This document shows, one piece after another, positions 1 through 7,696 of a stretch of 64,000 nucleotides of DNA. Numbering within the stretch: position 1 is the stretch's first letter; the number at the start of each line of letters is the position of its first letter. A program made the translations under genes and the position numbers. A model generated the notes under the pieces. That model was not told where the DNA came from. It saw nothing but the letters and a program-made list of their open reading frames with translations, and did no database searches. The stretch comes from Candidatus Aenigmatarchaeota archaeon (lineage in GTDB: Archaea; Aenigmatarchaeota; Aenigmatarchaeia; CG10238-14; SpSt-28), in the NCBI GenBank assembly GCA_039000985.1, contig JAWBMD010000003.1, positions 5,979 through 69,978 of the forward strand. The letters run 5' to 3'.

Positions 1-62
1 GCAACACTTATTCTTTTTAAAAGCTCGGGATTTAAAAACTCAAATTCTATTTCTATCTTCAT
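1..62 (-). CDS. rpoA1: DNA-directed RNA polymerase subunit A' (Rpo1N), first ~20 codons only; gene runs off the left edge
   Basis: ATG at 62-60 overlaps the TGA of the upstream rpoB' ORF (ATGA). Reads MKIEIEFEFLNPELLKRISV, like A' N-termini. Fits the archaeal rpoH-rpoB-rpoA order. Confidence 0.6.
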   Translation of the reverse strand, partial: MKIEIEFEFLNPELLKRISV

Positions 63-1870
63 TCTTCAACAATCCTAATTCTTGGATATATATGCATGCT
101 CTTTAATTCATCTAACATTAGCTTAAAAGCGTAACTCGTTTCTACATCATAAATTTTACTATCCCTACAAACCAAACAAACTTTTTTCCCACCCTTTTCT
201 ATTGCAAAAAGCCCACATTCCCCACAAACAGGAACAGTTACCTTATCTGAATCAAACCTTTCTTTTAATGTAACAACTGCACCATGTGCTAATAAAACAT
301 CTTTTTCCATTTCACCTAGTCTCAAACCACCTTCTCTACTTCTTCCTTCAGTTGGTTGTTTTGTTAATAAAGTTACAGGACCTCTTGATCTGGCATGTAT
401 TTTATTAGATACTAAATGATCTAATTTTTGGTAATAACAAGAACCTATAAAGATTTCTGCTTCAAACATTTTTCCAGTTATTCCATCATACATTATTTCA
501 TTACCAGTTCCTTTAAATCCATGTGCTATTAATTCTTTTTCTACTTCTTTTTCACTTATAGACTCAAATGGTAAAACAGTTTTAATTTTACCAGTAATGG
601 CTGCAGCTTTACCAAAAAGCAACTCTAATAGCATACCCACAGTCATTCTAGATGGTAATCCATGTGGATTAAAAACTATATCTGGAACTATACCATCTTT
701 AGTAAATGGCATATCTTCTTGTGGGAGAAGCAGTGCACAAACACCTTTTTGTCCATGTCTATTAGCAAACTTATCACCAATTTCTGGAATTTTCAAATCT
801 CTAACAACAACTTTAACCATTTTTTCTCCATTTATGTTCCTACTAATAAAAACTCTATCAACTATTCCTCTATCTCCACTTCTTAATGTTAATGAAGATT
901 CTCTTATATTTCCAAAAAGCATTTCTTTTCCTCCACCAAGAAATCTTAAAGGTGAAATCTTACCAACTAAAACATCTTCAGATGTAACTATAGCTTCTGG
1001 ATAAATTATTCCATCCTCTTGTAACTTTTTGTAGGCATCTTCTCCTCTATATCCTTTAGCTTCTGGATCCGGAATTCTTATTTCATCTGTTTGACCACCC
1101 ATATATCTTTTTCTCTCAGTCGTATAAGTTCTATACATCATTGACCAAAACATTCCCCTCATTACAGAGCTTAAATTTATAAGTATAGCATCTCCCGTAT
1201 TAAATCCATCAAAAGAAGCAACTGCAACTATAGCATTTGATCCACCAACATTTTCTAATATTTTAGGATATGCTCTTGGTAAATGAGTTTGAACTAGTGG
1301 TACTTGTGAATATAAAAGCAAATTTGATTTTGTATCAGTTCTTATTGGTATACTTCTTAAAAATATGGATATTGCTTGATTGTTCATTTTGGCACCATAG
1401 TTTACTCTATCCCCCCTATCAAATTCTGGAAATGGAACAAGTGAAGCTGAAAAACCAAACATTAAGGATGGATGAATTTCTAAATGTGTATGCTCTTCAG
1501 TTAAGCTTTCCTCATCTATTGCTATATAGCTGTTTTCTTCTTCATCGCAATCTAAAAATTCAATAATTCCATTTTTAACTAAATCAGAAAATTTCATTTC
1601 ACCATTTTTCAACTTTTTTATATGTTCCTCTGTTAATTTAGGTTTACCTTTTTCAACAACTATTAAAGGTCTTCTTACTCTTCCCCCCTCTGTAAAAATA
1701 TGAATAACATTTAAATTCTTATAGTAGGCAATGTTTAAACTATTTGGTAAAGTATTATTTCTTCTTTTTTCTTTTACTTCCTTTACAAATTTTTCTGGAT
1801 TATCTGTAAAACCTAAAAATTTGCCATCCAAAAATATTTCACATTTTTTCATATTCTGGTAAATTTTCAA
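59..1870 (-). CDS. rpoB1: DNA-directed RNA polymerase subunit B' (C-terminal half of split subunit B)
   Basis: 603-aa ORF with RNAP second-largest-subunit motifs (GDKFANRHGQKG, NPHGLPSRMTVG) and a C-terminal Cys cluster CGECG..CLVC. Confidence 0.95.
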   Translation of the reverse strand: MKIYQNMKKCEIFLDGKFLGFTDNPEKFVKEVKEKRRNNTLPNSLNIAYYKNLNVIHIFTEGGRVRRPLIVVEKGKPKLTEEHIKKLKNGEMKFSDLVKNGIIEFLDCDEEENSYIAIDEESLTEEHTHLEIHPSLMFGFSASLVPFPEFDRGDRVNYGAKMNNQAISIFLRSIPIRTDTKSNLLLYSQVPLVQTHLPRAYPKILENVGGSNAIVAVASFDGFNTGDAILINLSSVMRGMFWSMMYRTYTTERKRYMGGQTDEIRIPDPEAKGYRGEDAYKKLQEDGIIYPEAIVTSEDVLVGKISPLRFLGGGKEMLFGNIRESSLTLRSGDRGIVDRVFISRNINGEKMVKVVVRDLKIPEIGDKFANRHGQKGVCALLLPQEDMPFTKDGIVPDIVFNPHGLPSRMTVGMLLELLFGKAAAITGKIKTVLPFESISEKEVEKELIAHGFKGTGNEIMYDGITGKMFEAEIFIGSCYYQKLDHLVSNKIHARSRGPVTLLTKQPTEGRSREGGLRLGEMEKDVLLAHGAVVTLKERFDSDKVTVPVCGECGLFAIEKGGKKVCLVCRDSKIYDVETSYAFKLMLDELKSMHIYPRIRIVEE

Positions 1871-3329
1871 TTATTTTATCTATTTCCTCTTTAGGTAAAT
1901 CAAAAGTTACTTCAGACATAAGTGCTAAATATTTTCTCAAACCTATGTTAGCTCCTTCTGGAGTTTCGACAGCACATATTCTTCCAAAATTTGTAGGATG
2001 TAGTTCTCTAGCTTCGAAGTGCTCTTGTGAAGATGCTAATGGAGACATTATGTTTCTCATATGCGATATAGATTTAAAATAGCTCATTCTATCTAATCTT
2101 TGTGTAACACCACTTCTATTACCAGGCCATGTACCTATTGCCATTGTAGATATCATTTGGTTTGTGAAAACATTCGCTTCAACAACAGTCTTTAATGGTG
2201 GTAATCTTCCCCTTTTTGTAGATTTAACATAATTAAAATTTATTCTAGTTATCAATCCCCATTTCCCAAGCATTATTGTTCTAAATAAAATTTCTAATAA
2301 ATCACCAGCCAATCTTAATCTTTTGTTAGAGTAATGGTCTAAATCATCTTTATCCATTTTTCCCAAATGAAACATTATTAATTTTTCAATAGCTTTACAT
2401 AGAAATATAGCTTTTTCCATTCTAAATGATTTTTCTTGTCCTATATGTGGTAACAAATATTTATCTAGCAATTTTTCTATTTTTTCATGCTTTTCTGGAG
2501 ATTTTGTTATTTTTAAGTGCTTTATTAAATAATTCTTAGCTTCCTTACTATCACTAACTTCACTCTCTACTAAATTTATGTAGAATTGATCTTGAATTTC
2601 TTCATTTAGAGAAATTGTTAAAGCAATATCCTTATCTTCCTCTAATCCAAGTGCTTTTAATAATACTACTACTGGTAATCTAACAACATTTGCAAAAGTT
2701 ATAGTTATTATTCCATCTTTTCTTCTTTCAAGTAAATGTCTTTGAATATAACCATCTTTTTCAGAATGTATTCTAGCTATCTCTTCAACTGTTCCAACAT
2801 TAACTCTATCAACTATTACTTTATTTTCCGAAATTTCCTCTACTATAACCATTAATCTTTCAGTTCCATTTATTATGAAATAGCCACCAGGATCATTCGG
2901 ATCTTCAAAATTTGCTATCAATTCGTTTTCATCCATTTTGGATAAAGGACATAAAACTGATTTAACCATTACAGGTATATCTCCAAAATGAACATATTCT
3001 TTCTCATTTTTTATTTCATTTATCCAAACATCACAACCTATGTAAAGAGGGGAAGCGTAAGTTAAGTTTCTTAATCTACACTCAAATGGAAGAACTTCTC
3101 TTTCAATGCCATCTGATTCAATAACTCTAGGACTTAAAAATTTTACATCACGAAGCTTAATTTTTAAGCTTCCCACTTCAGGCACATCTGGCTTTATAGT
3201 TTCTATTTCATCGACAATTTTTTGTACCTTTCTTGTTACGAAGTTATTGTATGAATCGATTTGATGCTTAACAAATCCTCTTTCCTTTAAAAAGCTATTT
3301 AATATATCAATAAAAGTCTCTCTTATCAC
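1839..3329 (-). CDS. rpoB2: DNA-directed RNA polymerase subunit B'' (N-terminal half of split subunit B)
   Basis: 496-aa ORF with the N-terminal part of the RNAP B family. GTG start overlaps the rpoH stop (GTGA). 32-nt overlap with rpoB1. Confidence 0.93.
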   Translation of the reverse strand: MIRETFIDILNSFLKERGFVKHQIDSYNNFVTRKVQKIVDEIETIKPDVPEVGSLKIKLRDVKFLSPRVIESDGIEREVLPFECRLRNLTYASPLYIGCDVWINEIKNEKEYVHFGDIPVMVKSVLCPLSKMDENELIANFEDPNDPGGYFIINGTERLMVIVEEISENKVIVDRVNVGTVEEIARIHSEKDGYIQRHLLERRKDGIITITFANVVRLPVVVLLKALGLEEDKDIALTISLNEEIQDQFYINLVESEVSDSKEAKNYLIKHLKITKSPEKHEKIEKLLDKYLLPHIGQEKSFRMEKAIFLCKAIEKLIMFHLGKMDKDDLDHYSNKRLRLAGDLLEILFRTIMLGKWGLITRINFNYVKSTKRGRLPPLKTVVEANVFTNQMISTMAIGTWPGNRSGVTQRLDRMSYFKSISHMRNIMSPLASSQEHFEARELHPTNFGRICAVETPEGANIGLRKYLALMSEVTFDLPKEEIDKIIENLPEYEKM

Positions 3330-3568
3330 TTTCCTTTAACCACTACCCTATAATATATTGATTTTATTTTTTTTAAATGAGGATCTTTTCTATAAAATTT
3401 TATTATATCCCCTTCTTTTGCTCCTAGAGCCTTAACTAACGGATCTGTCGAAAAAATCTTTGGATAAAATTTTAGAGATTTTCCATATTTTTTAAAGAGA
3501 GCACTCTTTTCTTCTTCGCTTACTATTTCGCATTCAGGTACCAAAAAATGTTTTCTTATATCTACCAC
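3326..3568 (-). CDS. rpoH: DNA-directed RNA polymerase subunit H (Rpo5)
   Basis: 80 aa. HFLVPECEIVSEEE..DPLVKALGAKEGDIIKF..YYRVV fits the RpoH pattern. First gene of the rpoH-B-A cluster. Confidence 0.88.
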   Translation of the reverse strand: MVDIRKHFLVPECEIVSEEEKSALFKKYGKSLKFYPKIFSTDPLVKALGAKEGDIIKFYRKDPHLKKIKSIYYRVVVKGK

Positions 3569-3605
3569 TATAATAATATTAAAATGTCTAAAGTATTTAT
3601 ATTTT

Positions 3606-4802
3606 ATGGTGCAATCAGAAAGCCTAATACAATCTATTGTTTGGTTAATATTTTGGATATTTATAATTATTAATATTTTATTTCCTGGATTTCAATTAAA
3701 AGTTCAAGTAATGCGTACTTTATCTGAAATTGAACAAACTCATTCATCAATAAGAAGATTGAAAATAGAAGCAGAAAACAAGATAAGAAAAATAGTGTCC
3801 AAAAAAATTAAGATAAAAAAAGAAACATTAGAAAACTTCTTTAAAAATATTATGGAACATCATATAATTCTTCCAGCTTCATTAGATCCTGCCGGAATAG
3901 TAGAAAAAATAGAGCATATATTAAATGTTGAAGAGAAAGAGCTTGAAAGACTTGGTTTAATGTTTTATAAAGATAAAAATGAGATGTATAATTTTCTTAC
4001 ATCAGTTTTAGCTCTGGTTGAAATAAATAAAATAGACAAAATAATAACTCATTATTTAGAGCTTATTAAAAAATCTAAAAACATTTATTTAGCATATCTT
4101 TTATCTACTCAATTACACATGTCTACTTACTTTTTTAATAAAATATCAAAATCACTTTATGCTGCCTCAACAGCGTTTATAGAAAATTTACCAGTTGGTG
4201 ATTCTGTTGGTCCTTTAATTGCTTTACATTTAATTAAAAAAAGTAAAGCCAAATTAGTAAAAGAATTTAAAGAAGAAAATTGTGTTTTGTTAAAAGGAAA
4301 AATAAATGGTAGAGAAGTTTATTTAATAAAAGCTAGTGGGTTTGGTAGTAAAGTTGGTAGAATTGGTAGAGCAATTGAAAGAACAATAAAAGAAAGAAAA
4401 ATTAAAAATTTGATAACAATTGATGCAGCTGTTAAGCTGGAAAGTGAAGAAAGTGGTACCATAGCTGAAGGAGTTGGAGTAGCTATTGGTGGTATTGGAA
4501 TAGATAGCGCTTTTATAGAAAACATAGCAACTAAAAACAAAGTTAACTTATTTTCAACTTTAGTAAAAATGAGTATGGAGGAAGCTCTTAGTCCATTAAA
4601 TAAAAAAATTTGTGATTCAGCAAAAATTGTTGTTGAAAAAATTGAAAACAGAATTAAAGATTTAAAAGGAAATATTTTAATAGCTGGAATTGGAAATACA
4701 TGTGGAATTGGAAATACAATTAATGATTTCGAAAAAAGCGAAGAAAAAGTTAAGAAAGCTTTTCAAGAATATGAGAAACTTCGAAAATCAATTTTTTCTT
4801 AA
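3606..4802 (+). CDS. Membrane-anchored conserved archaeal protein, function unknown (possibly DUF1512-type)
   Basis: 398-aa ORF with an N-terminal TM helix, a coiled-coil-like middle and a Gly-rich C-terminal region (GVGVAIGGIGID). Family assignment is from memory only. Confidence 0.6.
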   Translation: MVQSESLIQSIVWLIFWIFIIINILFPGFQLKVQVMRTLSEIEQTHSSIRRLKIEAENKIRKIVSKKIKIKKETLENFFKNIMEHHIILPASLDPAGIVEKIEHILNVEEKELERLGLMFYKDKNEMYNFLTSVLALVEINKIDKIITHYLELIKKSKNIYLAYLLSTQLHMSTYFFNKISKSLYAASTAFIENLPVGDSVGPLIALHLIKKSKAKLVKEFKEENCVLLKGKINGREVYLIKASGFGSKVGRIGRAIERTIKERKIKNLITIDAAVKLESEESGTIAEGVGVAIGGIGIDSAFIENIATKNKVNLFSTLVKMSMEEALSPLNKKICDSAKIVVEKIENRIKDLKGNILIAGIGNTCGIGNTINDFEKSEEKVKKAFQEYEKLRKSIFS

Positions 4803-5304
4803 CTTCCTCTAAATCTTTATTATTCAAAATTTTAATATCAGCTAAATTAAGACAAGCTTCAGTTCCTTGACCATATTCTGGTTCATTAACTCCTCTATCT
4901 CTTTTATCAGCTTCTATAAATTCTTCTAAAGTTTTTGGGTCATCTTCTCTTGCCCGTTTTTTTATTCTTTCGAATCTTATTTGTAAATCAGCATCAACTC
5001 CTATTAGCAAAAAATTTTTGAAATTCTTTCTTAGATATTCTACTTCTCCAATATTTCTTAAGCCATCGATTATTACATTATCTTTATAAAAAAATGTTAC
5101 TATTCTAACTAAAATATTATTACCAAAATTTTCCCTTAGTTCATTTCCTAAATCTTGTAATTTTTTTCTATCAAAATTTTTATCAGGTAAAAAAATTTTT
5201 ATTATGTCTGAAAGTTTTACTATTGGTAGATTAAAATAGCTACTTAAAAATTTTGCTATCTCATCTTTACCAGAACCTATTGTACCAGTAATACCTATTA
5301 TCAC
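4750..5304 (-). CDS. P-loop nucleotide kinase-like protein (CoaE/dNMP-kinase-like)
   Basis: Walker A GITGTIGSGKD at the N-terminus; 184 aa. 53-nt convergent overlap with 3606..4802. Confidence 0.7.
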   Translation of the reverse strand: MIIGITGTIGSGKDEIAKFLSSYFNLPIVKLSDIIKIFLPDKNFDRKKLQDLGNELRENFGNNILVRIVTFFYKDNVIIDGLRNIGEVEYLRKNFKNFLLIGVDADLQIRFERIKKRAREDDPKTLEEFIEADKRDRGVNEPEYGQGTEACLNLADIKILNNKDLEEVKKKLIFEVSHILEKLS

Positions 5305-5312
5305 AAAAAAAT

Positions 5313-5477
5313 TTAAAGGTCGGCGGCTCTAAGTGTTTTTCTATCGTTTGCTTTTGCTCTACCCACAGCTTCCTTTACAAGAGATTCTACTTTTTTATCT
5401 AATGCATTAAAAAATTCTTCACTTACTCTAAAATCTTTTATTAGTTCTCTAACAGCAGATTTTACTACAAGCGCCAT
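5313..5477 (-). CDS. Small histone-fold-like protein (DUF1931-like), 54 aa; absent from the ORF track (below length cutoff)
   Basis: Hand translation gives [54 protein letters not shown] with ATG and TAA. It fills an otherwise empty 200-nt gap. Pattern resembles DUF1931 proteins (recollection). Confidence 0.55.
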   Translation of the reverse strand: MALVVKSAVRELIKDFRVSEEFFNALDKKVESLVKEAVGRAKANDRKTLRAADL

Positions 5478-5508
5478 AATTTATTTTAAAGCTAGGTATT
5501 TAAATATT

Positions 5509-5697
5509 ATGACAAAAGGTACTCCATCAATGGGAAAAAGAATAGGAACAAAACATATAAGATGTAGAAGATGTGGAAAGCATAGTTACCATGTAAGAAA
5601 AAAGGTATGTTCACATTGTGGATTTGGAGAGGGCAGTAAAATAAGAAAATATAATTGGCATACAAAGCATTGGACTGGAAAATTTAGAACTATATAA
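5509..5697 (+). CDS. rpl37e: 50S ribosomal protein L37e
   Basis: 62 aa. [28 protein letters not shown] zinc-ribbon typical of L37e. Confidence 0.93.
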   Translation: MTKGTPSMGKRIGTKHIRCRRCGKHSYHVRKKVCSHCGFGEGSKIRKYNWHTKHWTGKFRTI

Positions 5698-5698
5698 T

Positions 5699-5827
5699 GG
5701 GCCCGTAGCTCAGCATGGTAGAGCGGCTGAGGCTTTTGCCGCCGATGCTTTTAAGCTGCTGGGCTAAAAGCTTTGATATGTGAAAGAAGAAACCAGTAGG
5801 TCGCGGGTTCAAATCCCGCCGGGCCCA
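5699..5827 (+). tRNA. tRNA-Lys(UUU), apparently interrupted by two introns (about 17 nt at 5730-5746 and about 38 nt at 5755-5792 or the equivalent 37/38 position)
   Basis: Acceptor GGGCCCG/CGGGCCC, D arm GCTC-AGCATGGTA-GAGC, T arm GCGGG-TTCAAAT-CCCGC. A 74-nt cloverleaf with anticodon arm GCTGG-CTTTTAA-CCAGT appears only after removing the two blocks. Folded by hand only. Confidence 0.7.
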
Positions 5828-5862
5828 TGCACTTTAAATATTTAAAGCTTTCTTACTCATCC

Positions 5863-5887
5863 TTAACGGAATTTCTAACGACAAATT
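5863..5887. repeat. Left copy of a 25-bp imperfect inverted repeat (TTAACGGAATTTCTAACGACAAATT); partial extra copy TTAACGGAATT at 5896-5906
   Basis: Matches the reverse complement of 11472..11496 at 20 of 25 positions (16 of the first 18). Confidence 0.6.
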
Positions 5888-6070
5888 CTAGGAATTTAAC
5901 GGAATTCCCCACCAACCTACCTTCTCTAAAGCTTAAAGCAGGAGAAGGTTAGCTTCTGGTTTGATGGAAAATTGATAGATTACTTAGTACTAAGAAGAAA
6001 GATTGATTGAACTTTAAATTTAACTTTCAATATGAAAGAAACTTTGCTATATTATTATTAATACTACTAT

Positions 6071-6583
6071 CTACTCCTTTAATACAATTAAATTTGACAT
6101 TCCTCTTCTCCTTCTTTCTATTAAACCCCTAATTTCTAACCTATCAAGAATTCTACTTATTTTGACTTTTGAAAACCCAGTTTTCGAAATAAGATCGCCT
6201 TGAAAAATTGATCCACCAGCTTCTATAACTAATTCGTAAATCTTCCTTTCATCACCTTGTAAAGTTTTAGATATATGCTTAAACTTTGTTAGTTCTCTAT
6301 TTGTTATTTGAACATGCTTTATCATTAACATCAAATATAAACTTACTATAATTAAAATAGACGAAAAAAACAATCCAATTACAGATTCTATGGGTAAAAC
6401 TCCCCTTTTAATCGGGCAAATTTCTGGTTCTAATGGACATTGTTTATGCAACTCTTCTCCATATTTCAGAACAGTTTGTGTCAATGAAAAAATAACAAAG
6501 ATTAAACCTATAGCAATTCCAGCAATTATTATTCCAACAATTTTCAAATTACCATAATTTCTCTGCATAAATTTAGATAGCAT
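6071..6583 (-). CDS. Membrane-bound winged-helix transcriptional regulator (MarR/ArsR-like C-terminus)
   Basis: Two TM helices flank a Cys-containing loop (HKQCPLEPEICP). C-terminal wHTH-like IYELVIEAGGSIFQGDLISKTGFSKVKISRILDRLEIRGLIERR. Confidence 0.65.
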   Translation of the reverse strand: MLSKFMQRNYGNLKIVGIIIAGIAIGLIFVIFSLTQTVLKYGEELHKQCPLEPEICPIKRGVLPIESVIGLFFSSILIIVSLYLMLMIKHVQITNRELTKFKHISKTLQGDERKIYELVIEAGGSIFQGDLISKTGFSKVKISRILDRLEIRGLIERRRRGMSNLIVLKE

Positions 6584-6713
6584 ATTTAGTTATTTCTAAG
6601 TTACAACTTTTATATTTTTTACACCATTCTTCACACTTTTCAGCCCAATGCCTTTCCTTGTATTTTAGTTTACATTCTTCGCAAACATAAAATTCATTTA
6701 TTTTCTTTACCAT
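6573..6713 (-). CDS. Small Cys-rich protein (46 aa), possible TRASH-like metal-binding protein; absent from the ORF track
   Basis: Hand translation gives MVKKINEFYVCEECKLKYKERHWAEKCEEWCKKYKSCNLEITKYAI (CxxC..CxxxC..C). Sits between the hemerythrin-like and regulator genes with short overlaps. Confidence 0.45.
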   Translation of the reverse strand: MVKKINEFYVCEECKLKYKERHWAEKCEEWCKKYKSCNLEITKYAI

Positions 6714-7189
6714 ACTTTCTACCTAATTCTTCATACCTTTCATATACACCTTTTCCAGTTTTTTCTTCAATTTTTTCAAATTCTTCTTTATCTTTTTTGT
6801 TCAAAACAGGATCAACTAGTGGGTATAAGATATTATTCTTTTTATCTATATGTTCTCTAAATAAAACAACAAAATCCTCCGCACTTTCTCTGAATTTTTT
6901 AAACTCTGCTTCTAACATAAATAATTTTCTCAATTAATAACATAACTACTATTTGTCCGCCTTCTTTTGGAATTCCTTCCACTTCAGCTAATGGAAATAA
7001 TGATTTTTCATCTTTCACATGATGACATTTATCTGCAAATTGGCTAAAGAACTCTAAAAGCTTTTTTACATCAGAATGTAGAACTTTATTTGGACTAAGC
7101 TTACTGAAAGATTCTAGGATCTTTAATCCTTCTATGATTACCCCATATTCTTCTTTTAATATCTCTGTCGGGTTTTCTACTTTCTCCAT
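6694..7189 (-). pseudogene. Hemerythrin-like (HHE cation-binding) gene split into two ORFs by a frameshift near 6930-6950
   Basis: ORF 6899..7189 carries the N-terminal half (FADKCHHVKDEKSLFP). ORF 6694..6933 carries the C-terminal half (FREHIDKKNNILYP) in another frame. Stops sit just upstream of the second ORF. Confidence 0.5.
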
Positions 7190-7664
7190 TTTTTATGCTT
7201 TTACTTAACCAATATAAACTTAATAATAAAAGCGACAAACTTAATATTCTTAAAAAAGGAAAATAAGGTGCCAAAAACTCTAGGGTTATATAAGTTCCTA
7301 TCAGTGCTAAAAGAAGAATTGGACAGGAAGGACATATGCTAGTCAAAAATCCTGCTAAGATTCCACCTGAAAGTGTGCAAACTCCTTTAACACTTTTTTT
7401 CGAGTACCAGTAAAGTGCAATAGTAATACCGGATATCAAAGAAAAAACAACCATATAAATAATGTCAAATATTGTAATCGAGACTATTCTTATACTTTCG
7501 ACATTAAATATCGGAATTGTTATCAGACCCATCGAAAAAGAATATAGGAAAAGAATTATAGCAGTGAAAAAAGTTGTTATTAAAATGTATCTTTTTTCAC
7601 TAAATACCGACTTCAATTTTTTCACAAATTTTATTTCTTTCAATATTTCAATTGGATTTTTCAT
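7101..7664 (-). CDS. Polytopic membrane protein with intramembrane CPSCP motif, function unknown
   Basis: 187-aa ORF with about 4-5 hydrophobic segments and the motif ICPSCP. Its 3' end overlaps the hemerythrin-like ORF by 89 nt. Confidence 0.6.
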   Translation of the reverse strand: MKNPIEILKEIKFVKKLKSVFSEKRYILITTFFTAIILFLYSFSMGLITIPIFNVESIRIVSITIFDIIYMVVFSLISGITIALYWYSKKSVKGVCTLSGGILAGFLTSICPSCPILLLALIGTYITLEFLAPYFPFLRILSLSLLLLSLYWLSKSIKNGESRKPDRDIKRRIWGNHRRIKDPRIFQ

Positions 7665-7696
7665 AATTTCTTTTTACGTTATAGAAATAAGTAAGT

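Noticed and set aside
597-1004. Antisense shadow ORFs inside long genes (e.g. 597..1004, 1270..1566, 8100..8372, 8502..8873, 20632..20928, 28267..28830, 40044..40766, 49157..49600, 59936..60698)
   Set aside because: Each lies fully within a well-supported gene on the opposite strand. Their products are low-complexity Ser/Leu/Phe/Ile-rich strings typical of antisense frames.
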